Part shown: positions 15,505-29,269 of the stretch, piece after piece | Layout of the letters: each line of letters starts with the position of its first letter | Position numbering within the stretch: position 1 is the stretch's first letter | DNA from: Felis catus | Lineage: Eukaryota | Reading direction: 5' to 3' | Length of the DNA stretch: 64,000 nucleotides | NCBI RefSeq assembly: GCF_018350175.1 | Contig: NC_058368.1 | Coordinates: 4,464,001 to 4,528,000, forward strand | The notes under the pieces: generated by a model | What the model was told of the DNA's origin: nothing | Databases searched by the model: none | The model's input: the letters and a program-made list of their open reading frames with translations, nothing else | Made by a program: the position numbers and the translations under genes

Positions 15505-15766
15505 GGGCGCCTGGGTGGCCCAGTCGGTTACTCGTGACTCTTGATTTGGGCTCAGGTCGTGACCTCACGTTGGTGAGTGTGAGTCCCACATTGGGGGGAT
15601 TCACTTTCTCGCGCGCTCTCTCTCCCGCAAAATAAATATATGCTGAAAATATATGTTGAAAATACATGTTGAAAAACAAAAAAAAATGTTGAAAATATAT
15701 GTTGAAATACATATATATATTATATATATGTATATGTTGAAATACATGTTGAAAAACAAAAAAAAA
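15505..15766 (+). mobile_element. Older internally shortened CAN-SINE with a minisatellite tail
   Basis: SINE head; tail of repeated ATGTTGAAAA units; decayed TSD AAGATAGGACTCGGTTA / AAGATACAGCTCAGCTA. Confidence 0.8.
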
Positions 15767-16540
15767 GATACAGCTCAGCTAGACCAAAGGAGAAAAGCAG
15801 CCCTGGTGCTGAGAATGGAGAGCAGGGCGGGGAATGGAGTGAAGGCTGCGAGTTCTGCCTCCTGACCCTCCCTTCAGGCCCTCGGCAGGCCTCGGGCGGT
15901 GGCCAGAGTGTGGCACCGAAGGAAAGACTGGCGCACGTCTCCAGGATGAAGGGAGGACCTTGCCCGGATGCTCAGGACAACACCCGGCTCTCGGTCATGG
16001 CTCCCGTGTGGTCCCCCCGCAAAACTCGGAACCCACATCCATGAGACCGGAAGCGCATCTAGACTCAGGCCCGATGCAGCGTTCAATCAAGGTGGCTCAG
16101 GCGGGCACCCGGGCAGCTGTGACTCGTTTCTTGGGACTTTTCCCTGGACGAGGCGTGCTCCCTCCCACGGAGCCCCCTGGTGCCGCCCCCGCCGCGTGCC
16201 GGGTGTCTGGGGTCGGCAGGGACCGGCTTCGTCTCTTTCAACTTGCCACGGTGAGCAGCAGTGGCGACAGGAGATCACAGGCACTGTCCCCAGCAGAGCA
16301 GGTGACGCTCCGCGGGGCCCGAGCAGCAGGTCCCCATCCAAGCTGGGTGGCCACCGCGTCCACGCCGGGCCGGGCGAGCCGCGGCGCTCTCTCGCGGGGG
16401 ACGCTGTGCGGCGGCGGCGGCGGCGGCGGCGGCGCGTCGGGCGCCGAAGAGCTTTCGGTACCGCGCGGCGCCCCTGGGGGTGGTTTTCGCCAGCGCTGCC
16501 GAGCCCTCGTGAGAGGCGCAAGGCCTTTCGAGGCCCTTCG

Positions 16541-16640
16541 GGGTCACCCGAGCCCGCTGCGTCACAGCCCCGGCCCGCCTCGGCCCTCCAGGGTCACCCG
16601 AGCCCGCTGCGTCACAGCCCCGGCCCGCCTCGGCCCTCCG
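16541..16640. repeat. 50-bp tandem duplication (2 copies, 49/50 identical)
   Basis: GGGTCACCCGAGCCCGCTGCGTCACAGCCCCGGCCCGCCTCGGCCCTCC(A/G) twice. Confidence 0.95.
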
Positions 16641-16750
16641 GGCTGGCTTTCTGACCGCCCTGGACCCTCCCTGACCCCGAGCCGGGGGCCCGCAGGGCGG
16701 CCGGCGTCGAGACTCGGAGAGGCTCTGACTTAACGTGGCGACGACGGTCA

Positions 16751-17170
<420 letters not shown>

Positions 17171-18336
17171 CTAACGAGGAAGAAAGACAAAACCGAGAGG
17201 GGGTGTGATGGAAGGCTCTCCTCCGAGATCAGGGGGCAGAAGGGAAACCCTCCGCCGTCGAGTCAGCCCCTTGGCTCCGACCTCCGCGTTGCCATTGCTG
17301 AGCTGTTCCTACACCAGTCGGGCGACGCGGCCTCCTTCTCAACGTGTTGGGAGTCCCCGGGATCCAGTGGGGATCGTTCCGGAGAAAATACGTTCACTGG
17401 CCTCGTTTTAGGAAAGCCGTTCTCCTTCAAACGTAAACGCCAAGTCAATTCTCCCTAATTCTATACTTCAAAAGAAGCAGAATCTTATTTCAAATACTCT
17501 ACAACTTTCTGGCTAAGATCGTTTACAGTGCGCTTCCCACATGTTAACCTGGCTGCAGAGAACAGCTCTTACAGGCTTCTCTTTTTTTTGTTGTTTTAAT
17601 TGACACACAGCACAGTTTCAAGGCTGATTTAACTACATTCTAGCCTTTGTGCAGAAAACAAAGGCACATTCTCTCTTTACAGGCCTTTTAATAAAAATGG
17701 ATTCCTACTCTTCGCTCCCATGACTCACAATCACCAGGGCCTGCAGCAGCTGCTACGCTGACCTCAGCATTTAACTGAGCTACACTTCTTTCTACTTTTT
17801 TAATGAAATCATGTAAGGTTAGACTTTAGTTTTCATGTTAATTGCAGTATACTTCAAAAGAAAAAAGCAAGGGAACTACAAAATATCACGGATGTTCCTC
17901 GTTCTCTGAGAAAAGAACATGTATGACTATAATACGAAATAAAATCACCACAAGGTCAAAGTTCCTAATTTTATTATTAGATTTCAATGTAAAAACATTT
18001 AAATCCATAGTTTTATACATCTGATGTAACAATGAGATAACATTAGTACCTGAGAAATTAGCTATGTAGAATTTACAATTTGTACAAATTACTAATCTAC
18101 ACGTTGCAGAATTTACAATCAATATTAATTTCAAGATACTGGCATACATTTTAAAATTCATCTGTAGTACTGATGAGGAAAACAATACTGTTACATAGGA
18201 AATGTATTAAAAAAAGAAAAAGAAAGTGAATGTCCATTTGGTGGTAAATCATAGTTTATAAAATCCTTGCCCTATTATGGTATTGATCCTACTACTGGCA
18301 GATAAAACCTTAAAACTTCAAAAGGAAGAAGGGTCA

Positions 18337-18530
18337 AGGCACCTGGGTGGCTCGGTCTGTTAAGCGTCCAACTTGCTTTCAGCTCAGGTTATGATCTCAC
18401 GGTTCATTAAGTTTGAGCCCCACATCAGGCTCTGGGCTGACACCACGGGAGCCTGCTTGGGATTCCCTCTCTCTCCCTCTCTCTACCCTTTCTTCATGCT
18501 TTCTCTCTCAAAAATAAACATTTAAAAAAG
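18337..18530 (+). mobile_element. CAN-SINE (older)
   Basis: Diverged head, CT tract, A tail, TSD AAAAGG(A/C)AGAAGG. Confidence 0.85.
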
Positions 18531-20360
18531 AAAAGGCAGAAGGTTCTTTGACTTTTTTACTCAAAGATTTCCACATACAAGTCATATTTAAAACTTTTTA
18601 AATGCCATACTACTATACCTCATAATCATAAAAAACTTTAAAAATAGGACAAGCTATGGGGCAGAGAGTTAAGATCTCTCAGCGAGGAGCAAAAGCAAAA
18701 CTGGGGGGGAAAAAAAAATCCTAGACCACCACTTAATTAAAATGCAGGCTAAGACAACAAATAAACCACCAACGAAGACATAAAGCCAGTACTTGATGGC
18801 ACATAAGTGAAATTCCCTGACAACGACGTCCCTTTGCAGATTCCATCGGCACAATTACATGGAGGAGGTGTGAGGGGTCCTCGGGCAGTGAGTGCCTCTC
18901 CCTTCTCCTCCTCCACCCAAAGCATTTGCAGGGCAAACCGAGACCCTATAAAACCGGGAAGTGACTTCCAAACATGCAAAAAACAAGGATGGGGAGGTGT
19001 TACGCTGGGTGAAAGAGGTCATTTTCAAAGGGCAAGTGATTCCACTTATCTGACATTTTAAAAGAGGCCAACTGCAGGAGGGAGAACAGGTGGGTAGTTG
19101 CCAGAGGTAAGAGGGGAGGCCTGGGCAGGACTACACAGGGGCCTTTGGGGGGTGATGAGATGGTTATGTACCCGAACTGTGGCGGTGGCTACGTGAATAC
19201 GTGAGTTAAAATTCACAGAACTACACCAGCCCCAGAAAGAAGCCAAGTTTGCCAAATGATAATTTTAAAAATAAATCCTTTTTAAAAAGCTAAGTGGCAC
19301 TCCAACCTCTCCAGGTAAGGGAGACCTATTCATCTGACCTAAGCAGCCAGCCGGCCAGTAGGAGGTTCAGAGCAGCGGGTCAAGGGCGTGAGTTCTACAG
19401 CCAGAACGCCTGGACTCTGAGCCCAGCCCCACCCCCTACTGGAGAGTGACCTTGGGCACATCACTTAACCTGTTACTGCCTTTCTTTCCTCAACTGAAAA
19501 TGCTAACAAGGTTAGTTCAGTTAATCCAGGTAAACCTCTCACCAGGGCCTGGTGCCTCATAAGATCTAAAAAAAAAAAAAAGCCGACATCGGAACATCAG
19601 CTCCCTGAGGCCAGAGACCGTGAGCGTCATGAGCCGCATTCCCAGTGCCTAGAACAGAGCCTGGCACGTGGTGGGGGCTCGACACGGAACGAATGTGAAG
19701 GGAAGGCAATATATAGTCTAATACAAAGTAGACAGGCTCAGGAGGGTTCAGTTTTGGATCACGTGAGCCACTCTAACGACGTGACTACTGAAGACGTGGC
19801 TCTTTAGGGCAGATACACGTGTGCCTTCTATCTCAGCAACGGGCTTCTCAGCGAAGAGAGGGAGGTATATGTCTGTTTCAGCTTCAAAATGTGAAAAAAA
19901 GAAAGCCACTAATACAATCAGTTTCGTATCCAAATCTTAGTTTTCACCGGAAAAGACATTTCTGAAAAGGTTGACAAAAACGGGCTTTTCATAGGATTAA
20001 TTTTACTGTCATGTGCAGGTAAATGTCCTCTTAAAATTCTCGTAGAAGTTTTTATGAGGAATCTTTGCCATACGAGTAATCATTGTTTGATTATACATCA
20101 CGTGCTATTTTCGTAACTACACGTATTAAGGTACAAGTTCTACATGTCACCCTGTCCTCTACATTTTTCCCTTCCTAAAGACTTTCTCCCACGAGAACAA
20201 GTCAGCTCTCAGGTGGTTCAGATGCTGTCAGCATACGTGCTGCCAAAGCGAGGACCAGATGCTTTTAACTTTATAGTCTAGCATTAAACCTAAGAAACTT
20301 AGCTTAAACGTTACCAGCTTGACACCCAGGTAGTTTCGAGGCTCACACCAAGCGTCTTAC

Positions 20361-20534
20361 CAAGTCGGCCACCCTGCACAAGGAATCAGAGAGCTCGTCG
20401 AAAATGAGCACAGTCTGGGGCCCAGGTGCCACGGAACACACGCGCTCCACAAGCAAGTCTGCCTTCCTCAAGGCATTTTCTTGGGCGACCCGAAATCCTT
20501 CTGGGGCGCTGAGCTCAGGAACTCCAAAAAGACC
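20361..20534 (-). CDS. MIPEP: MIPEP exon 2 (174 nt)
   Basis: [58 protein letters not shown]; ttgcag|GGT and TTG|gtaaga. Confidence 0.95.
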
Positions 20535-22769
20535 CTGCAATCCAGAGAAGAGTTCCCATTTGTCACTAAAAAACACGATTTTTCGGTGTTAAGTGTAAGT
20601 CCTTTTCTCGGAGAGGAAATCTCGGTTTTCACTGGTGTATCACATAATGCCATGTTCACATTTCCCACGTCATTCCATAGATTAAACGACACCTGTTTTA
20701 AGAATGTGAATGTTTTTTCATTTTTAATTATTTCACACAAAACAAAAACAGAACGATACAGGTTCAACACCCAGCTCAGCCACTACTGCAGACCCTACCT
20801 CATAAAGTAGTTACAAGGATTAAATGAGATGATACGTGTTTTTAAAGCATTTCAACACTGCCTGGCACGCAGAAAGCCATTTAATAGATATTAGCTGTAA
20901 TCACCATTAGCCATATGACCCCGGTTGGCCTAGTTCTCTCTCCTCCTGGGTCTAAGTTTCTCATTAAGCACGATGGGGATGACAGTACATATCTGACAGC
21001 ATGGATACAGGTATACTATATTAGAAAGTATATGTAAAGTCTTCTGGGGACGCTGCTGGCCATTGGGTCCAGTCCAGTACCTAGAACCAGGTATTCCACA
21101 ACTCAAGACAGAGAGGATGAGTTGAGCACATAGACACTTCAGGAAGATTTAATAAGCATGTTAAAACCGACTCATTGGCTGAAAGCAGCAAATTTTATAC
21201 TTTCCGAAAGCATTTCAGCATCTTGATGAGGACAAAGATCACTCATCCAATGGGAACGACCGTCCTTTTCTACCAGTTCAAACACACTCGTTCCAGCACC
21301 CAGGAAGGCAGGATAGAAAACACAAAGCATTTACGATGCACTTACTGCACGCCAAGAGGAGATTTCTGGACCTAATACAGGTTCCCTCATTTAAATCACA
21401 TAATCCTAGTGCAGGAACCATCATTCTTCTTTCACACATAAGAAACACACTTTAAGAAGCCAAAAAAAAAAAAAAAAAAGTTTGAGGTCATTAATTGTGG
21501 GAAAGACAGAACTTGAGCCCGCTTCGTACATCTCCAAAGCCCACACTTCTTCCATACTTCCGTACTGCAATTTATCTGTTTGAAAGTCTCTCCTGAGAAG
21601 GCAAGATCCTAGAGGGAGGAACCGCTTTCATCATTTGAACCAGCTGCCCAGCATAGTGCCTACCACATGGGCAAACTCGTGGACGAGACAAATTAACGGA
21701 CCGGCGCTTAGCTCTGTAGTTGAACTTTGCAGATGACTAATAGGTTGATTTTGGAAAACAGCAAGAGGTAAAATTTTCAGGACCGGTAAGGCCTACCTTT
21801 TCTGCAAGAAGGGATGCGTGAAATTAACCTCTCTCCAAACCGATTAAATAATGAAAAAAATAAAAGACAGTTGCGGGCAGAGCAGAATCAGGACCAAAAC
21901 CAAATCAGATTCTCTACACTGATTTAATTTGATTCAAGTACAGACTATTTTTCATTTCCCAGCACACCTCTCCACACTGCTGTTGGGAATTCTAAACCTC
22001 AGACTACTAGTTATGGGAATGATAAAAAAAAAAAAAAAACTACATTAACCTTTGTGGTTTTGTGTTGTTCTCTTGTTTAATCAAAAACCAATTCAGGTAC
22101 CTGAAAATCCAACGTCAGTATCTAAACTCGTGATCTTCCAAAAAAAAAAAAAAAAAAAGCTAAAATTAGTTCTATTTCATCCACCCAAACCAAACTTACT
22201 TTTTTCATCTTTCTACTCAATACCTATACGTGGTTGTTCTCCTCTCACCAAGTATGTTAAGACCTTATTCTGGTATTTACCCCTATGGAAGTTGGCCAAT
22301 TTCATACAAAAATATTTTTAAAACAGTCAAAGCTAATGGCAGAGATCAAATAAGAAAACACTCAAATCAGTAAGCTCACTGTTAACGGTATCCTAGGCTC
22401 TTATAACAAAGGCAGTGGTACAGATAATGAAGAAATTTAAAAGGCAAACATAAAAGTAACAACCTGAGGAGGGTAAAATCCACAAATGTAAAGTACAACA
22501 GGAATAGAAGGGTAAATCCCTTTCAAGCGTGCCTTCCTTTCACCTTTAACTCAGGCACTCGGTAAATATAGACTGCCTACGTAACGCCAGACACCTGCTG
22601 CGTGTGTGGACGTAGCAATAAACAGGAACCAGAGAATTCAGTCAGTGACTTCCCGGGGGAAGAAATCAACGTGATCAACGCCATCGCATTATAGGAAATT
22701 AGACGGTTCTCAACAGTTTTTGTGTTTTATAACAAGAAGAGCCCAAAGCTTTGGAAAAAATTTAAACCG

Positions 22770-24700
22770 GCATTTCGAGCATCGCCGGCATTAGTAATTA
22801 CACGGAAACTCGACGCCGCCCATGAGCTGCAGGGCCAGGCGCCAAGGCACCAGGGTTGGGTTGGGGCAAAAGCGCACTTCGGCTGGGGTTGGTCCCAGTG
22901 TGAGGCGAGGGCGGGACCCGGCAGGCGGGATTCACCGCCACCGCCAAAATGAACTATTTTAAGTGCACGTGGAGCGAGGGCTCACACGAGGCAGGTCCCA
23001 GGACCCACATTCTGGGGGGCAGGACCCCTAAGGGCCGCCCCGCGCCCCTTACACCAGCCCCTCAAAGAGGAGGTGACGGGCAAGGTCACCGAGAGCGCAC
23101 ACGACACCCTACTGTACAAAGCGGGTTCGCTGCCCGGCTCCTCCCAGACCCAAAAGACCCGGCCCGGATCCCTGCTGGGCCACGCGGGGGGGACGAGGGG
23201 AGCCCCCTCCCGCGCCGCTCACCCGGCGCTCGCCGAACAGGTCCAGGCGGCGGCCCTGGGGCTTGACATTGAAGGCGGCGCCCACCGGGAACCAGCTGGT
23301 GCTGACCCCTCGGGCGCGGATCCTGGCTCCGAGGCCCCTCGAGCCCGCTCGCCCGGGCCATAGAGGCGCTGCCCGGCTTCCGAGCCCGCCCAGCCTCCCG
23401 GCGCACAGCATCTGGAGCCCAGAGCAGCCCCTTCCCCCGCCGCGAGACCCCGCCCCTGCACCGCAGCTCCCGCCGGGAGCACGCGCACCGCGTTTCCAAG
23501 GCAGCGGGCCACGCCGCACCACGTGACGCCAGCGCTTCCGGGTCGGGGCTCGAGGCCCTCAGAACGTGAGCACGTCGGAGTCCCGCGAGCAAGAGCGTCG
23601 CTCCGCCGCCTTCACGGCGGACGCCGCGGTCTTGCGCCCCCGTGCGTCTGGAGTAAAGAACGGCCCAGGTTTACGCTTCCCTCCCACGTGACTCGAGCGA
23701 GGCGGGCAAAGTCTCGCCGCAGGGTGAATTCTTCCAGGAGGGGCAGCGAACGCTCGGCGACCGCCGCCTGAGTGCCTTCCCCGACGTGACGGCACCGGTG
23801 ACGCTCGTCGACTCTGTCGGCCTCCACCCTAAACGATGGTCGAAATTAAATCTACGGTATGACTGCCCCGCATGGTTGTGTGCAACCGAGTAAATTTACT
23901 GCCAGTGAGTCTCCACTCAGAGTTTGGCTGGTAAAATTGTTACGATAACTAATCTACAGTGTACATTTGCAGAGGGAGGATTTCGCCGCACTTCACTCAG
24001 CCATAGGGGAATGAGAAGATTTGGGGGCAGGAGGCAGAAAGGAAACTGCGACTTGGGGCTTAGGATGGGGAGTGTGGGAAAGGGCTGGGGGCCCTGGACA
24101 GCCTTGGCCTCCCCTAAATGAACGGAAATCACACGACAGGCGGAGTCGGGCCGGGTTCTTGTCCAGGGCGGGAAGCTTACCCTTGCTAAACTTCAACGCC
24201 CTCGTCTGCAGAAAGGGAATCGTGCCAGGTGCCTGCCTCCTGTACCTTCCAGAAGTGCGTGCAGATTACGTGAACGAGTTCACAGCGAGGTGTCTTTCTT
24301 TCGAGAGGCTTCTGTAGGTGGAGGGAGAAAAATGCCACGGTTGGGGAAGGGACCGAGGGGAGGGGAGGCTGCCAACGGCACCCTCACATTTTGCCTGGCT
24401 TCCTCCCTGCAGACACCTGCCGGTCCCTGGTCTATTTCAGGGTGGAGCCGGGCTGCAGAGTGGCGGACGCACGTGGGACGGGCCCCTTGACAACTGACGC
24501 TTCTGCAGAAGTGAAGCCGGGGGTGCGGGTGTGAGAAGAGGCCCACCTAGGAAAGCGAGCAAGAGGGGAGGGCTGGCTACCGCCGCCTCCCACCAGCGCC
24601 TCGAAATACGAAACACACGGCCTCAATTTTATGCAGGAACTGGATGCCGACTGATTGGTTAAATCGGTGAGCGCGCAGGGCATCGAGGGCGGTGGCGAGC
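22770..24700. promoter_or_regulatory. MIPEP promoter CpG island
   Basis: High CpG density spanning exon 1. Two CACGTGAC E-boxes (23520-23527, 23685-23692), ETS core CCGGAAG on minus (23535-23541), ATTGG/CCAAT at 24654-24658. Confidence 0.8.
23223..23411 (-). CDS. MIPEP: MIPEP exon 1 coding part (189 nt), Arg-rich mitochondrial presequence
   Basis: ATG at 23411: [63 protein letters not shown]; donor CGG|gtgagc; lies in a CpG island. Confidence 0.95.
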
Positions 24701-25399
24701 TAGAAGGAGGATTCCTGTGACTTGTGCAGAGGAACAAGAGCCCGAGTGGACCTTTTGGTTCCGGGGCAACCCACAGGCACATTTTTCTGAAACCGCTTTA
24801 TTTGAAGTCGTTCCAGAGCTTTATCTCCCCTGAATGTTTGGGCTTGGAGTAAAACTGTTCACTTGAGCATTGCCTGTTGGGTTTGATCAGTCCTAAGAGC
24901 CTTGTGGAAGGGCCCAGAAAGCCAGAAGGTGAAGCCAGGAGTGAGTGGTACGTGCGTCCTATAGATCGCTTCTAATCCCCCTTCCTCCCTTCTCCTGGGG
25001 GGTAAAAAAAAAAAAAAAAAATTAGTTTCAAATGGAGTTTGTTTTCAGTTTAGCCAGGCAGGGAGAAAAGGCCCAGTTAATCGTGGCACATAACAATTAA
25101 AATTTAGCTAAGACAAGCAGTGTAGCGAACCTATACGATTCTTTACAACTTAACTATAAACTGTATTTCATTATGCATGTACGGTAAGTTGTGATTTCAT
25201 TTTCTCCTGGCTTTTAATCAAAGACTTCAAATGATTTAAAATCCCCAAATTCCTAACTCTGTGTCCATATCTCATTTTTGGCAACCGGTGGCTCACAGGG
25301 CAGCCTACCCCATGTGGCCGACCTAACGGCCATATAGCAGACCCTTACAAAGATGTCAGATGTGTCGTGTAAAAAAGAAAATTCATCAGTATATTACCA

Positions 25400-25590
25400 A
25401 TATATTTGACAAAAAAAATAAATTTATATATATATAATATATATAATATATATAATATATATATATTATATATATTATATATATTATATATATTATATAT
25501 ATTATATATATTATATATATTATATATATATTTGACAAATATATATATTATATATATATTTGACAAATATATATATATATATTTGACAAA
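25400..25590. repeat. AT-rich complex tandem repeat
   Basis: (TATATATAA)n then (TTATATATA)n, punctuated by four ATATTTGACAAA units. Confidence 0.9.
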
Positions 25591-25627
25591 AATGCTTTTT
25601 CATCTTTTTCTTAAAAAGGTGCTTCAA

Positions 25628-25862
25628 GGGGCGCCTGGGTGGCGCAGTCGGTTAAGCGTCCGACTTCAGCCAGGTCACGATCTCGCGGTCCGTGAGTTCG
25701 AGCCCCGCGTCGGGCTCTGGGCTGATGGCTCGGAGCCTGGAGCCTGTTTCCGATTCTGTGTCTCCCTCTCTCTCTGCCCCTCCCCCGTTCATGCTCTGTC
25801 TCTCTCTGTCCCAAAAATAAATAAAAACATTGAAAAAAATTTAAAAAAAAAAATAAAAAAAA
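25628..25862 (+). mobile_element. Very young felid CAN-SINE
   Basis: CpGs intact, long A tail, perfect TSD AAAAAGGTGCTTCAA. Confidence 0.95.
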
Positions 25863-26405
25863 AAAAAGGTGCTTCAAACCTGAGAGCCTTCCTTTAGCCC
25901 AGAATGATTTTCCTACAAGGATCCCTAACCATCGTAATGCAACATTTAAGCCTAAGAGTGTCCTGGGGTGGGGGTGGGGGGTGGGGGGTGGGGGTGGTGA
26001 CAGCTTGTCCCAAATTAACCAGGTGTCTTGTGTCTCAGAGAGCCTGGCATCATTAGACTGTTCAGACCTGCAGCCCAGATTCACAGCCAGCCAATGAAAA
26101 ATAATCACAAATGGCGCATTACATGCGCCCCACCCCTGCCAGTCCAGCTTTATCTTTTGAAATCCTTTAAACTATGTTTTACATCCCATCTTCCATATTT
26201 CATCAAAAAAAAAAAAGAAGAAGAATTTTATAAAAGCTTGTATCCCATGTGTGGTCATAAATGTATTTTTTTCTTTATGTCTATCTCAGCGTATAAAGTT
26301 GGGTTCCTGAATAAGTCAGCACAGGTCGCCTCCCGATTCAGCCCTAACAAAACCAGACTTTGGGGAGAAACCGCTTAGATTACTACAATTGAAAAAAGCC
26401 AGAGA

Positions 26406-26598
26406 GGGGATCCTGGGCTCGGTCAGTTGAGTGTCCGATTTCAGCTCAGGTCATGATCTGACGGTTCGTGAGTTTGAGCCCCACATCGGGCTCACGGCTG
26501 TCAGCCCAGAGCTCGCTTGGGATCCCCTGTCCTCCCCTCTCTCTGCCCCTCCCCTGCTTGCTCTCTCTCTCTCTCTCTCAAAAATAAACATTAAAAAA
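26406..26598 (+). mobile_element. CAN-SINE
   Basis: Diverged head, CT tract, tail. Confidence 0.85.
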
Positions 26599-27121
26599 AG
26601 CCAAAGAATAAGGACACTCTGGCTCAATAAATAAAGTGATCAGTCCCGCGGTAGCTGAGGGGAAGGAGGACAGCAAGGTGGGTACAGGGGCCACAGTGCA
26701 AAACTGAAGGAGACACTCACAGTCGGGGTCAAGTGCATGCAGTGGCAGCACCTGAAGGTGAGCCCCTCCTTCGATTCTGCACCCAGGGCCCCTCACTTGC
26801 TTCACCCCGGTCCTGGCTCTGCTCTAGAAGAAGTAAGTTAAGGAAGGCCAATCAAATACCTGTAAACAGAAGTTATTTCTGTACATTTCCCAGATTTTCC
26901 ATAAGCACCGAGCAGTTTTTCAATTCTTCATTTTTACAGACTGCTGCCTGCTTGTAATGATCATTTAGAAAAAAGCCCCACTTTCCCCAGGGAATGAAGA
27001 CGTCGTCCCAAGTGTGTTGACTTGGAGCATGGATAGAATGGCCCTAAGTCCCAATTTCTAGTGGCCCATCCTGTCAGATAAACTGGTCCCAGGCTGCTTT
27101 TCCTCATGGAAAAGTATTCGA

Positions 27122-27323
27122 GGGGCGCCTGGGTGGCTCAAGTCAGTCAAGCGTCCGACTTTGGCTCAGGTCATGATCTCAGGGTTCGTGAGTTGGAGCC
27201 CCGTGCCGGGCTCTCTGCTGTCAGCGTGGACTGTGCTTCAGATCCTCTGTCTCCCTGTCTCTGCCCCTCCCCTGCTCGCACTTTCTCTCTCAAAATAAAC
27301 AAGTAAACTTAAAAAAAAAAAAA
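27122..27323 (+). mobile_element. CAN-SINE
   Basis: Full structure with A tail. Confidence 0.88.
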
Positions 27324-28224
27324 AGTATATTGAGTTAACTGAAGGCTATGTAATACTTGCAGAACATTAGAGGCTTTGGAACGTGTAAAGTGATTTCAGT
27401 CAACCACTGCTGTACCATGGGAGACTGGAGCACAGAAGAGCTGAATGACGTACCCACTGCAGGTTCCTTGGTCAAGGCTGGAACGACAGCCCGTACATCT
27501 CGATTCTTCGTCTTGGGCTTTTTCCGCTATAATCACGCTGCCCCCCTCCTTAGGTCATAGACTCCTCAACGTTCTTTTAGACACAAGCCGTGGTAACAAT
27601 GGCACTAACAACAAAAGACCTGCGTCAGACTGGTTGAAACCGAGAATCCGGTGGCTCACGCAACAACCTAGTCCAGAGGTATCTCTGCCTTCAGGGACAG
27701 CTGGCTTTAGGGGTCTTAACAATGTCATCAGAACTGGCTCATCTCCAGCCCTGTTTGGCTTTGTTTTCAGGCTCTACAGATGAGCTAAATGGCTGCCAAG
27801 TAAAGTCCTGACGTCACCTGAAGATCTTGCCCTTCCCCCCCCCTCCCCCACAACAGGCCTTCCAAAGTTGCAGATTGCATGCCATTGGGTCTGATGGGAT
27901 CGGGCACCATTTTGGAAATAGTCACCGTGGCCAGAAGGTACTATTCTTACTAAATAGGCCTCAATCCCATGTCTACCCAGAGTGTAGAGTCTACACCCTT
28001 TGAAAGACTTGTCTGAGGGTACACATCAGGACCAGACAAGAGGGAGGCAGAGGGTGCCCATCTGAACAAGAATAGCCACTGTGGCCTAAAACGTTAAGTT
28101 TCTCCTTACCTCGTTCTCTCAGTAAATTCACCTGCATCCTCTGCTTTCCACCGTAGCTGTTTCATGTCTCTGTCCAGGAACCTTTTCCTTTTGCATAGCT
28201 CCTTTAAAGTTTTTATAAGGTAAT

Positions 28225-28422
28225 GGGGCGCCTGGGTGGCTTCGTTGGTTAAGCATCCAATTTCGGCTCGGGTCATGATCTCACAGTTCGTGAGTTCGAG
28301 CCACACATCGGGCTCTGTGCTGACAGCTCCGAGCCTGGAGCCTGCTTCGGATTCTGTGTTTCCCTCTCTCTCTGCCCCTCCCCCACTCATGCTCTGTGTC
28401 TCTCAAAAATAAATGTTAAAAC
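28225..28422 (+). mobile_element. CAN-SINE
   Basis: Full structure, TSD TTTTAT(A/G)AGGTAA. Confidence 0.9.
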
Positions 28423-28454
28423 AATTTTATGAGGTAAATAGTGAAAAAAATCAA

Positions 28455-29269
28455 AAGGAATTCACCCTGCTGCGTTTTGAACTTGTTTGAGACCTGTGAT
28501 CTCTTTTTTCCTCCCTTTTGGAATGGGACTGTCTATCCTGTGCCTTTCCCACCATTGTATTTTGGAAGCAAATGATGTGTCTGGTTTCACAGGTTCACAG
28601 AGGCAGAGGGATTTTGCCCCAGGATGATCCACGCATTAGCTCTTACTTATAACTGACTTAAAGGAGTAAGATGATGCGATCGGGGACTCTGAGCTGGCGA
28701 TTTTTAGATGAGATTTAGAGTTAGCATGGATGCTGACACTGTTAAGACTTTGGGGGATGTTGGGATGGGGTGAGTGTATTTGGCATTGGGGAAGGTCAGG
28801 GACTTTGGAGGACCAGAGCAGCCTATAATACGTTGGATCGTGTCTCCCAAACAGATACGCTGAAGTCCTAACCCTTGGTATCTGTGAACGTGACCTTACT
28901 TGGAAACAGGGTCTCTGTGGGTGTACTCAGGTTAAGAGGAGGTCATATTAGATTAGGGTGGCCCCTAATCCAAATGACTGGTGCCCTTATCAGAAAAGGG
29001 AGGTTTGCGCACAGGCAGACATAGAGGAAGGCCGGCCAGGTGAGGATGGGGGCAGAGCTTGGAGGCTTCCGCAAGTCGGGGAAAGTCTGGGTCTGCCAGA
29101 AGCTGAAAGGAGCCAGGTAGAACCTTCCTCAGGGGCTTCAGGGATACTGGCTCTGCTGATACCTTGATTTAGACTCCTAGCCTCCAGCATCGTGAGACAG
29201 TTACTTTCTGTGGTTTTCAGCTCCCCCGTTTGTGGTGCGTTCTGACAATAATCCCAGGAAACCAGTACA
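28455..29269 (+). mobile_element. MaLR (MLT1-type) internal 3' fragment plus 3' LTR (~28825-29269)
   Basis: MLT1-int motifs (ttttggaatggg...ccaccattgtattttggaagca) then LTR motifs gaagtcctaaccc...gtgaccttacttggaaacagggtc ending ggaaaccagtaca. Confidence 0.75.

Noticed and set aside
15960..16733. 257-aa and overlapping 228-aa plus-strand ORFs
   Set aside because: Stop-poor GC-rich island; low-complexity R/P/G/A translation, open in several frames at once, no recognisable domain
25628..25720. tRNA-like A/B box sequences as tRNA genes
   Set aside because: They are SINE heads followed by CT tract, A tail and TSD; no acceptor stem
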